A stretch of 64,000 nt of DNA from positions 62,001 through 126,000 of the forward strand of contig MCFE01000019.1 in assembly GCA_002104905.1 (NCBI GenBank), given 5' to 3'. The translations under genes were made by a program, and so were the position numbers. Shown here one piece after another: positions 49,560-62,100 of the stretch. Under the pieces are notes generated by a model. The model did not search any database. It worked only from the letters and a program-made list of their open reading frames with translations, and was not told the origin of the DNA. Numbering within the stretch: the first letter of the stretch is position 1; every line of letters begins with the position of its first letter. The stretch is from Basidiobolus meristosporus CBS 931.73. Its lineage: Eukaryota > Fungi > Basidiobolomycota.

Positions 49560-51280
49560 CCATGGTGGGTCATCATTGGATCTCACATTCATGTAGGTGC
49601 AATGTCTCAAATACAAGACTGTCTTAAATTCACATAAGTATTGACCAAAAAGTGATATAACAGGATTATGTTGTTGAAGGTCAAACTGTTTGCCCCATGG
49701 ACAAGACTACTTTGATTCAATGCCACAAGAGAAGAGAAAGAAACCATGTGGCTATTGTAGCAAGCCTCTCAGCCATGAAGCATGCCAACAGCATAGGAAG
49801 TACTACAAGGATCACAGCCAGTGATTTGCCACACAAGCCATATTTGACCATTTATCATTTACTGCTGTACCAACATTATTGTGCCATCTAGTTGATACTT
49901 CTATATTGGCACATGGCCATCATTGTAACCTTGCACAAACTGAGTCAGGTGAGTTTGTGATGCCTTCAGACTCACCTCAGCCTTCTGTGTATGATGTGCA
50001 TATATCCAATATGCACATGGAGACACCTATGCCTATGAAATTAGGAAGCTAAGCAGCCCCAATGTGTGGGTAATCAGTTAAGTAATGCAAAGCAGGGTTG
50101 GGAGTAAAAAGCAACCAATTTTTATTAGCAAAGCTCTACCAAATTATGCCAAGTTTCTCTTGCTCACAAGCCAACTTCTACACCATTCAATATGGGATCT
50201 ACACAAACAAGAACCAGAGCACACCTATAAGGGGGACTAAAATCCAGCAGCGAGAAGGGATATATTGGCTAAATACCAAAAGTTCTTTGTGGATATTCAG
50301 GAGGTACTCATGGCAGAAGTGGTGGCAACCAAGCATATGTTTGCAAGATGTATATATTACTACCAGTACAAGGTATATGGCAACTTTGCAAGTATCACAC
50401 TAAAAAGCCGTAATGTTGAGGTGATATAAGTGTGTCAATTGTGGCAGGTGTGCATGTCTGCAGAGGTTAGTCAGCAGGAGGCCATAGTATTTTGATTCTA
50501 ACTATATGTGGAATACTCAAGGTAGTAGTAGGTAGGCAAATAAAGAGGGGTGATTCTAAAGTGAATATATGAATTCCACAAGGGGAGGTGGAAAAAGGAG
50601 ATACTATATGGTAAATTGGAATGTAGGTATTGTACAGAATTAGCTGTAGGCCCAATACTGCTGTTAAATGCCAATAAGACCTGCAATGAGGCCATCAAAA
50701 TACTGCCAAGTTTTTTGGTATATAAGGCAACTGGATTCACTGGCCAGTTAGATCCATTTAAAAAAGTTGTAGAGCGCATTAAGACTGCAACAATGCTATG
50801 CAATTGTTGCTACAGCACCAATCAAACCCTGTTAAGTTTTTAACTTTATTAACTTTATTTGGCAGTAAAATTAGCCAAATGCTGTTGTGATTTGGTCATA
50901 AAATTGTTAAGAGGGTCACTAGTTCTAAGCTGCTGGTATTATGCTGGTTTCCAAATGGGATCCTGACAGCTGATCTGGATAGGATCCACCTGTGTGGCCA
51001 AATTACTTTTCAATGGGAATCAAGTCCTTCAAAATACTGACAAGTATTTTTCCACATATGGCAATTGAATGAACTTGCTGGTTGAGTCTGCTCAAATAAG
51101 TGTAGGCTGCTATAGAGCTACATCAATGCAATTGAAATCTCGTCAAATGACCATTTATGCACCATCAAGTTTATTTACATATTGAGCTGTATATTCAGTA
51201 AAATACCATTACAATCCTGTTTTAAATTGTAAGGAGGGTCAATAATTTCAAGCTGCAGGCATTATGATAGCCTCATTGCA
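49560..51280 (+). mobile_element. CACTA-type copy C3 transposase side (5' module joined by deletion to the 3' region)
   Basis: 49560-49980 matches the KPCGYCSKPLSHEACQQHRKY module; 49980-51000 matches 36600-37600. Confidence 0.65.
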
Positions 51281-51299
51281 GGATCTTGGGAGTTGATCT

Positions 51300-51879
51300 G
51301 GATTGTATCCTTCCATGGGAACAAATTATTTCACATTGAGTTCAGAGATATATTCTCCTCCATCATCAGATTTTATTTTCTTGCTTTTTTCAGCAGCTTC
51401 TCTCTCCATGATGGATTTAAACTCCCCAGCCTTAGACAGAGTTACTTCCTTTCTTTCCATAAAGTAGACTCATGTTTATCTTGTATACTCATCAATAAAA
51501 CTGATTAAATATTTCATCCCAACCCAGGATGAATTTTACATAGATCCACACAGATCTGAAAAAATTATGTCTAACTATTTCTAAGTTTAATTGACCCAGA
51601 GCTCATGAAGAGCTGTTTGGCTTATTTACTGTATATGCAGGCTTCACAGTGCCACACATTTGCTGGGGGATCAATTTTTACTATGGAAATTAGCTAATCT
51701 TTGATCATTTTGTGTAAATCATCAAAATTAATATGTCCAAATTTCCTGTGTCAAAGCATTGGTTTTTCTTCATTTAAGTTACTTTTATTAGCTTCCAGAT
51801 ATGATGGAGCAAAAGTCAGCTTGTATATGGTTGGTCTCTTATACCAAAAGAAATATGGGCACCATTTTGATCAGTGATC
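51300..51879 (-). mobile_element. Highly decayed family A fragment A4 (GAG-pre-integrase and integrase start)
   Basis: Minus-strand WHRKFGHINFD, CG(S)M..MKYLISFIDEYTR, SDDGGEY. Confidence 0.7.
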
Positions 51880-54614
51880 AGTTGTAAGAGTCCTGGAGGT
51901 ATTAGAAGTGATTAGAAAAACAAGTAGATGAGGTGGCTTTGACTTAATGATTGATTAAATGTCAAGTAGTATTTATATTTTCACATGGCCTTGACATAGC
52001 AAACACCTAGAATAGATTCAGAAAGGTCCTAAGAGCATGTGTGCCAAGTTTGGGGCTGTTTGGACAACATATCTAATTTTCATGTTCTGGGTACATGATA
52101 ACTTGGTATGATATTTGAAGTGAATCCCAACACACAACTTGGTCAGTATTCTCTAAGATTTGAAGGTAATGATATAAGTGACTAAGTTAGGCAAATAAAC
52201 AGGTGGAATTGCAACTTTTACAACACTTGCACTCAACTAAGTATTCATACTGCCTAGTCCTAATTTTGGTCTAAGATATTCAAACTTGTTACTAGCCAAT
52301 GGTTTGGTAGATATGTCTGCAATCATTTCATCTATAGGAAATTAATCTAGGTTAGCAAAGCTATTCTGTAAAGCTTCACATAAGAAATGATGTCCTTTAT
52401 CTATGTGGTTAGTTCTATTACAAAAAGTTAGATTTCTACCTAATTGTTTACATCCTTGATTTTCTTGAAATAAAGTCACAGGCATTTTAGACATAAACCT
52501 AAATCTTTAAAAAGCTTCCTTTACCACATTGCTTCTTTTGTAGCTTCACAGGCTGCCATGTACTCTGCTTCTGTGGTGGAAAGTGCTACAGTTGGTTGCT
52601 TTCTTGAATTCCATGAAATTGCACCTTATCAGTAAAGAAAAATGCACCCTGTTATGGATCTTCTATCTTTTAATATTTGTCCCAAATCAGCATTACAGTA
52701 TCCTGCAAGATCTTGTTCCAAACTCTTATAGATGTGTCTTTAGCAGATATCAGCCAATTCTCTTAAGTACCTAAAAATCTACTTAATTGCTTCAATGTGA
52801 TTAGATTCAAGGTTCTGCTTATGCTGACTGACAACTCCAACTAAATATGAAATATCTGGATGTGTTCACAGCATGATATACATCAGAGTGCTGACCATAG
52901 ACTGATAAGGAAAGTCAAGGCTTTCAGATGGCACCAACCTCTCTTGATTTGGTTGAGTTTTGACCAATTAAAGATTTGTCTCCATTGGGGTAGCTGCCAA
53001 TTTACAGTCTTTCATTTGGTACTTCTTTAGTATACCATGAGCATATTGAGAACAGCTCAGGGTAATAGTCTGGGTACTCAGTCTATGGGGAACTTTATTC
53101 CTAAGTAGTAACCAAGTTTTCCTAGATCAGACATCTTGAACTCATTAGAAAGGCTGCATTAAGTCTCTTCTAATGTTTCTAAATTTTTGGTGGCTATAAT
53201 AAGATCATCCACATATAGAGCTAATAGAGCTGGACTTGCTCTATCTGGCTTATAGTATATACTATAGTCAGCATTACTCCTTTTGAAACTCAAAAATTTC
53301 AAATAGGAATCATTGTGCAATTCCAAGCTCTCTGTGATTGTTTGAGTCCATATAGAGATTTTTTAAGCATGCAGACCAAATGAGGGTTATCTTGGTCACC
53401 AAACCCTTCACGCTGGTCCATATACATATCCTGATTGAGTTTTGCATTAAAAAATGCAGTTTGTCCATCCATGTGATGTACCAAAAACTTATATTTGGCA
53501 GTAATAGTCAATATTAATCTGATGGAATTAAACTTGGCTACCAGTGCAAAGGTCTTGGTATAGTCAAGTCATTTTGATTAAGAGTATTCTTTGGCCATAA
53601 GTCTTGCTTTGTACCTTTCAGTTGTACCATCAGCCTTGTATCTTGTGTTAAAGACCTATCTGCATCCAATTGATTTTTATGTGATTGGTAATTTGACTAA
53701 GTCCCAAGTTTGTTTTTTCATTAGGGCCTGATATTCCTCAGTCATTGCAGATCTCCAAAGCTTTGTCTGAGGGCTATTTAGGGCCTCACTTACAGTCTTG
53801 GGTTCAGCAATATGGACTGAATAGACATAGGCTAAGCTTGTACCCTCATTGATATAGTAGTTTGGGCTATTTCTTGCCTGTTTGGATATCTTGGCATTTG
53901 CTACCAGTATGATAACTTCTGGGATATTCCTGGGCACTGCTTCAGGCCAACCCACAGTTGTAGAATCCTCTAGAGTGCAAAAATCTTTATTGTTTTGCTC
54001 TGATTTAATCTTGAAAATGGGTGGACTTGAGATCAGACTTTGGTCACCATTTGATGTCATTTTTTATTTATACTTTGAATTTTCATCAAACATATCCCTG
54101 GACTTGGTCAGCTTCTTTGCTTTGTTATTGTAGTGTCTATATGCTTTACTCTCATTGCAGTAGCCCATAAATATGCATTTTACACATTTTGCTCAAATTC
54201 TGACAAATAATCAAAATTGATGCATCCAAATCCCCTGTGCCAAAGCATTGGTGCTTCTTCTTTTAAGTTACTTACACTAGCATCCAGATTAGATGGAATA
54301 CAAGTCAACTTATGCAGATTCTGATCTTGGATACTCAAAACAATATTAGCACCATTTTGATCAGTGACCATTTTGCACATGTAATCAAAATTGATGTGCC
54401 CAAATCTCCTGTGCCAAAGTATTGGTGTTTCTTGACTTAAGTTATTTATGTTGGCTTCCAAATAAGATGGAATATAAATCAACTTGTATAGACTCTGATC
54501 TCTGATACCCAAAGCAATATGGACACCATTTTGATCAGTGATCTTGCATCCAGAATTGTCAAAGCTGAAACTGAGTCCTTTTGCAGTGGCCTTGCTTACA
54601 GATAGTATAGGCAT
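51880..54614 (-). mobile_element. Family A element A3, 3' part (protease end, duplicated GAG-pre-integrase, integrase core deleted, RT, RNase H, 3' LTR 51880-52225)
   Basis: The LTR is followed on the plus strand by the reverse complement of the family PPT/3' tail. HHMDGQTAFFNAKL RT, and duplicated TDQNG...LWHR.FG.INFDY. Confidence 0.82.
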
Positions 54615-56001
54615 ACCACATGGCTAGTAGCAGCCTTTAGTCACTTGCATAATGGAATACAAGCCAAGTTCAGCCAGCATCATTGTCATATTTGGGGATC
54701 CAAACCAAGAGTCAGCAATAATGGTACAGCCAGTACCAAACCAAGGCTTGACTAATTGCTTGACAGTGGAAGTCAACTGCAACATACCAGGATCATTGTC
54801 ATATTCCTTCTGTGACCAATCACTCACTGTTTCTACTCTCCAGATACAAGCAGTGTGATGGTCTGCTAAAGTCTTGAACTGCTGTCTGATGGGATGTGGC
54901 TTCCTTGGGACTTTCTTAACATTGGGCAAACCAGCTCCTAACTGTTGATTCACTGATTTGTCAATGACTAAATACTTGCAGGGCTCTAGACAAGTTTTCA
55001 TGTGCTCATTAAAGGCATCAATAGTTGATCTAATTTGATAAAGAGCATTGATTTCTTGATGTTCTTGGGAAGGGATTTCAACAACATCCATTCTCAGAAT
55101 CTCTTTAAATCTTCTATACAACATATATTCCGTAAAGTCAATGTTCATTAAGAAATGAGAAGAGCCTTGCTTCAAGTAAGCTTTTTTGTTGGAATGATTG
55201 ATTAATGCAATCCACATCATGTACTTGGCAAATGTAATGTCAGTCCAGGGGCCAATGCTAGTTGCATAAGTATTAATCCTCCAAACAATACTGCAAAAGT
55301 GATCTCAAGGAAGGAAGAACAAGAATTAATCCAGTGGTGAGGCATTTCTGGCACTTTTCATATTTAACCAAGCTTTCAAGTAGGTAAAACCATCAGCTGG
55401 CCCACTTGTACAGGAATCAATAAGTACTTCCCCAGTTATCCAGGTGTCTGCTGCAGTAAGGTCAATTTCATCTTCCTCCTGCTCCTTGTCTTGGATTGCA
55501 TCCTCCAATAGATCTTCAGCAACAATACTCTTGGTAGCATTAGCAGTTGCAGGTTCAATGTTTCCCAAGGTATCATTACTGTTGGTCTTGATATACTTTA
55601 AACAGTTTTGTGAAAGAGTCAATGTAACCCCCAGTAACAGATCCAAAATGATATCATATTTCACATTGCCATTAACTGTTGAGCATGCAGTGGTAACTCC
55701 CTTGAAGCTCAAACCAGGTGTATTCCACTCAAAACACAGAGATAAAAGTTGTTTGATTTCCTTATGTTTGATAAATTGCTTGGATACTGATACAAGCACA
55801 GTAACATCAAGATGTTTACTGGCAGGAGGCATAGTTTAAGTCCTAAGAAAAGGTAACACAAATAGGACAAATTATCAAAACAACTCCAAAAAATAAATAT
55901 TCAGATTCTTGTTTATCAGAATATAATATGAAATAAGCACAGTAAGACACCCATCCAGAAAAAACAATTGTATTTAATTAGACCAGCCAAATCTCCACTT
56001 G
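54615..56001 (-). mobile_element. piggyBac-type DNA transposon fragment (5' end + transposase pseudogene 54615-55832)
   Basis: ORFs 55326..55832 and 54624..55220 share one frame. YLVIDKSVNQ..G..NVKKVPRKPHPI.QQFKTLAD...VKQLVKPWFGTGCTIIADSWFGSP is the DDE_Tnp_1_7 piggyBac signature. TTAA at 56002-56005 sits at the junction with copia integrase. Confidence 0.82.
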
Positions 56002-56005
56002 TTAA

Positions 56006-58801
56006 TGATTATACTAGTTACATGTGGGTCTACTTCATGGAGAGAAAGGAAGAGGCTCTGTCTAGGTTCAGGGAGCTTAAAGCCATGGTGGAGAGAGAAA
56101 CTGGTGAAAAAATCAAGAAAATATGCTCTGACTATGGTGGAGAATATACCTCAAAACTCTTCATCCACTTCTGCAAAGTTCTTGGGATAAAGCAAGAGAC
56201 TACTGTACCATACTCCTCACAGCAAAATTGAGTAGCAGAATGTGCAAACAGATCAATAACTGATATGGCAAGATCTATGATCCATGATCAAAAATTATCC
56301 TATGATTTTTGGGTGGAATCAGTTGCCACAGCTGTATACCTTAAAAATGGGAGTTATAACAGAATACTTTGTGATTCTACTCCATTTGAAGCATAGTATG
56401 GATACAGACCAAGTGCAGAACATCTAAGAATATTTGGGTGTACAGCATATGCCAAGAAACTGGCTGGAAATCAGTCAAAATCTGAGCCTAGAAGTGTAAA
56501 ATACATACTTTTGGGCTGCTGCAATAAGAATAAGGCATACAGACTCTACAATACCAAAGCAAAGAAGCTAATCAAGTCCGGGGATGTGTTTTTTGATGAA
56601 AATTTAAAATTTTCACAAAAAGTAACATCAGATGATGACAAAAATCTGATCTCAAGTCCACCAATTGTGAGGGTTGAATCAGTGCAAAACAATGAGAATT
56701 TTTCACTCAGAGGACTTTGCAACCATGTTTCAGCCTGAAGTAGTGCCTAGGAATATTGCAGATGTGATCATTCCAGTATCAAATGCCCAGAGATTCAATT
56801 GGACAAGAAATAGCCCAAATTACTATATCAATGAGGGTACAAACTTAGCCTATGCCTATTCAGTCCATATTGATGAGCCCCAGACTGTAAATGAGGCCCT
56901 AAATAGCCCTCAGACAAAGTTTTGGCAATCTGCAATGACCAAGGTATATCAGGCTCTTATGGAAAATCAAACTTGGCACTTGGTCAAATTGCCAATCGAC
57001 CAAAAATCTATTGGATGCAGATGGGTCTTTAAGAGCAAGTACAAGGCTGATAGTACAATTGAAAGATGCAAAGCAAGACTTGTGGCCAAAGGATACTCTC
57101 AAAAAAAAGGACCTGACTATACTGAGACCTTTGCACCAGTAGCCAAGTTCAATTACATTAGATTGATATTGGCAATTGCAGCCAAATATAAGTTTTTATA
57201 TATCAAATGGATGTAAAACTGCATTTTTGAATGGAGAACCTGACAAGGACATGCATATGGACCAGCCTGATGAGTTTGTTGGCCAAGATAATGCCCATTT
57301 GGTTTGCAAGCTTAAATAATCTCTATATGGTCTCAAACAATCACCAAGAGCCTGGAATTGCAAGATAGACTCTAATTTGGAATCTTTGAGTTTCAAAAGG
57401 AGAAATGCTGACTGTAGTATCTACTATAAGCCAGATAGAGCAAATTCAGTTTTATTAGCACTATATGTGGATGATCTTATTATAGCCACCAAAAACCTAG
57501 CAACATTAAAAGAGACTAAATTGAGCCTATCTAAGGAGTTCAAGATGTCTGATCTAGGAGAACTCAGTTACTACTTGGGAATTAAGTTCCCAACAGACAG
57601 AAGTAGCCAGACTATTACCCTAAGCCAATTCAAGTATATTCAAGATATAATACAGAAGTACCAAATGGAAGACTGTAAATTGGCAGCTACCCCAATGGAG
57701 AGAAGCCTTAACTTGATCAAAACTCAACCAAATCAAGAAAGCTTGGTGCCATCTGAAAGCCCTGACTTTCCTTATCAATCTATGGTCAGCAGTCTGATGT
57801 ATATTATGCGTGGAACATGTCCAGATATCCCATATTCAGTGGGAGTTGTCAGCCAGCATAAGCAGAACTTTGAATCTGATCATATTGCAGCCATCAAGTG
57901 GATTTTTAGAAACCTAAAAGGAACTGCTGATATCTACTTAGGATACACATACAAGGATTTAATACAGGATCTTGTGGGATACTGTGATGCTGATTGGGGA
58001 CAAAATTTGGAAGACAGAAGATCCACCACAGTATACACCTTTCTTTACTGTAAAGGAGCAATTTCATGGAATTCAAGAAAGCAACCAACCATAGCACTTT
58101 CTACCACAGAGTCAGAGTATATGGCAGCCTGTGAAGCTACAAATGAAGCAATGCGGCTTAGAAGGCTTTTAAAGATTTAGGCCTAGGTCAAAAAATGCCT
58201 ATTACTTTATTTTGAGATAATGAAGGATGCATAAAATTAGGTAGAAATTCAACTTTTCATGCTAGAACTAAGCACATAGATATTAGACATCATTTCATAT
58301 GTGAAGCTATAGAGAGTAACTTAGTTAGCTCAGTTTACAGTTGTTCAGATGAAATGATTGCAGACATATTTACCAAACCATTAGCTAGAGACAAGTTTGA
58401 ATAACTTATGTCAAATTAGGACTAGTCAGTATGAGCATTTAGCTGTGTGGGAGTGTTGTAAAAGTTTGTATTTCCACCTACATACTCACCTAACTTAGTC
58501 ACTTGGATCAATACCTTCAGATCCTAGAGAATACTGACCAAATTCCTTGTAAGGATTTACTTGGAATATTTTCACCAAAATACCGGGTACCCAGAGCATG
58601 AAAATTCTCAGAGTTGTCCAAACAGCCCCAAACTTTGCACACATATTTTTGGGACCTTTCTTAATCTATTCTACATGTTTGTTATTCCAAGATCATGTAA
58701 GAGTATAAACACTACTTTTACATTCAATAAAGCATTAAGTGAAACCACATGATCTACGTGTTCTCCAAGTCACTTCCAACATCTCCAAGACTCTTACAAC
58801 A
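56006..58801 (+). mobile_element. Family A element A5, 3' half (integrase, RT, RNase H, 3' LTR 58454-58801)
   Basis: DYTSYMWVYF, SDYGGEY, QQN*VAE, FAPVAKFN, ALYVDDLIIA, YCDADWG; PPT-like TGTGTGGGAG before TGTTGTA...TACAACA. Confidence 0.92.
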
Positions 58802-59115
58802 CTTTGGCTGATTCTCTCTCTTTTTGAAGTACTGGTCCAGTGTGCATTCTTTCCTTTTACAGTAGTTGCAAAACAGGTTGCTGTTGCCTTTGATGGGTCT
58901 TGAGTACCTCCTTTGTTAGTTATTATTGCTTATTAAAGCATTTTCTTCTTCCTTCTTATTGGCACTTCATTTTCTTAACTCTTCATCTAGAAGCCTTCCA
59001 TATACATATCTAAGGTCAAATATTCAGTTCTGAACTCTAGGGCTGATACAAGGCCCTGAAACCTGTCTCTCAGGCTATTCAGGATTGCATTTATCACATC
59101 CTCATCAGTAGTTGG
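58802..59115 (-). mobile_element. Family A gag fragment (A7, host of A5 and A6)
   Basis: Reverse complement of gag from DEDV to the CCHC knuckle; continuous with 63799-64000 across the A6 TSD. Confidence 0.85.
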
Positions 59116-62100
59116 TGTTGTAAAAATTTGTATTTCCACCTAAATATTCACCTAACTTAGTCACTTAGATCATCACCTTCAAATCCTAGAGAATACTGAC
59201 CAAATTCCTTGTAAGGATTTACTTGGAATATTTTCACCAAAGTACCAGGTACCCAGAGCATGAAAATTTTCAGAGTTGTCCAAATAGCCCCAAACTTTAA
59301 CACATGCTCTTGGGACCTTCCTTAGCCTATTCTATGTGTTTGTAATGCCAAGACCATGTAAAAGTATAAATACCACTTTTACATTCAATAAATCATTAAG
59401 TGAAAACCACATAATCTACTTGTTCTCCCAATCACTTCCAATATCTCCAATACTCTTACAACAGGCTGTGAGCCCCAAGCTGTCACTCTCTGCAATGTCT
59501 ACTACTACTATTACTGGAATTTTTCCCTCTGCTGAAAAGTTGGATGGATCTAACTACCAAGTGTGGAAGGTGAAGATGAAGATGCTGCTACAAGAAAGAG
59601 GCCTATGGGATATTGTCATAGGGGAAGAATGCCCTCCTAAAAACGTGGGAGAGGAAGCCTTAAAGTACCAGAAGAAAGAACAAAGTGCCTTTAACTGCAT
59701 TTACCTTAATGTCAAGGACAAATTGCTAATTCAATGCTCAAGAGTAAAAACGGCAAAGAATGCCTGGAAAGCATTAGAAGACACCTACCAGTCATGTTCA
59801 GCTGCCAAGAAAATGTATCTGAGACAAAAATTCTTTACTACAAAGATGCTCTCAGGAGAAGAAATGAAAAATCTAATTAACAGAATTACCCTGCTGGTAG
59901 ATGAGATGGAATCTGTGGGCGTACCAACCACTGATGAGGATGTGATAGTTACCATCCTGAATAGCCTGACAGACAAGTTTCAGGGCCTTGTATCAGCACT
60001 AGAGTCCAGAACTGAAGACTTGACCTAAAATTACGTATTTGGAAGGCTCCTGGATGAAGAATTAAGAAAATCAAGCGCCAATAAGAAGGAAGAAGAAAAT
60101 GCTTTAACAAGCAATGATAACCAACAAAGGAGGTACCCAAGTCCCTACAAAGGCAACAGCAACCTGCTGGGTAACTACTGCAAAAGGAAAGGACACACAT
60201 CAGACCGGTGTCTCAAAAAGAAAGATAATCAGCAAAAGAAACCTGAATATGGAAATGCTGCAACAACTGAAGATATACTATTCATATCTGCACTAAATAT
60301 AACCACAAACAAGGATTCTTAGACGTGGTATATTGACTCTGGAGCATCTCAACACTTTACACACCAAAAAGAACTTTTTACCCAATATCAAGAAATTCCA
60401 ATTAAGAAGGTTTTCATGGGTGATGATAGAACACTTGATGCAGTGGGAGAAGGAACTATCCAAGTAAACCTACAAAGCAGTGAAGGAAGCCATACACTGA
60501 CCTTTAAAGAAGTACTCTATGTACCAGAAATAGCCAAAACCTACTATCTGTAAGCAAGGCCACAGCAGAAGGACTCAGTTTCAGCTTTAACAATTCTGGA
60601 TGCAGGATCACTCATCAAAATGGTGCCCATATTGCTTTGGGCATCAGAGATCAGAATCTATACAAGTTGACTTATATTCCATCATATCTGGAAGCCAATA
60701 TAAGTAACTTAAATGAAGAAACACCAATGCTTTGGCATAGGAGAATTGGACACATCAATTTTGATTATTTGCGTAAAATGATCAAAGATCAGCTAATTTC
60801 TGGAGTGAAAATTGATCCCCCAGCTAATTTGGAGCATTATGAAGCCTGCATATATGGGAAACAAGCCAGACAACCGTTCTAGAGCTCTGGGTTAATCAAA
60901 ACTAAGAAAAAATTAGATCTAATTCACTCAGATCTGTGTGGACCTATGCAAAATTTATCCTTAGGTGGGATGAAGTATTTAATCACTTTTATTGATGATT
61001 ATACAAGATACACATGGGTCTACTTCATGGAGAGAAAGGGAGAAGCTCTGTCTAGGTTCAGGGAGCTTAAAGCCATGGTGGAGAGAGAAACTGGTGAAAA
61101 AATCAAGAAAATATGCTCTGACTATGGTGGAGAATATACCTCAAAACTCTTCATCCACTTCTGCAAAGTTCTTGGGATAAAGCAAGAGACTACTGTACCA
61201 TACTCCTCACAGCAAAATTGAGTAGCAGAATGTGCAAACAGATCAATAACTGATATGGCAAGATCTATGATCCATGATCAAAAATTATCCTATGATTTTT
61301 GGGCAGAATCAGTTGCCACTGCTGTATACCTTAAAAATAGGAGTTATAACAGAATACTTTGTGATTCTACTCCATTTGAAGCATGGCATGGATGCAGACC
61401 AAGTGCAGAACATCTAAGAATATTTGGGTGTACAGCATATGCCAAAAAAACTGGCCGGAAATCAGTCAAAATTTGAGCCAAAAAGTGTAAAATGCATACT
61501 TTTGGGCTGCTGCAATAAGAATAAGGCATACAGACTCTACAATACCAAAGCAAAGAAGCTGATCAAGTCCAGGGATGTGTTGTTTGATGAAAATTCAAAA
61601 TTTTCACAAAAAATTACATCAGATGATGACAAAAATTTGATCTCAAATCCACCAATTGTCAGGATTGAACCAGAGCAAAACAATGAAAATTTTTTCACTC
61701 CAGAGGACTCTTCAACCATGGTTCAGCCAGAATCAGTGCCCAGCAATATCCCAGAAGTGATCATTCTAGTATCAAATGCCCGGAGATACAATTGGACAAG
61801 AAATAGCCCAAATTACTATATCAATGAGGGTACAAACTTAGCCTATGCCTATTCAGTACATATTGATAAACCCCAGACTGTAAAAGAGGCCCTAAATAGC
61901 CCTCAGACAAAGCTTTGGAGATCTGCACTGACTGAGGAATATCAGGCCCTGATGGAAAATCAAACTTGGGACTTGGTCAAATTACCAATCAGCCAGAAAT
62001 CAATTGGATGCAGATGGGTCTTCAAGACAAAATACAAGGCTGATGGTACAATTGAAAGATACAAAGCAAGACTTGTAGCCAAAGGATACTCTCAAACAAA

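Noticed and set aside
59336-59480. Apparent N-terminal extensions of family A gag (also 15571 and 34952..35296) translated from LTR sequence
   Set aside because: They start at non-ATG codons inside the LTR and run across the PBS; the plausible gag ATG is downstream (~59495).
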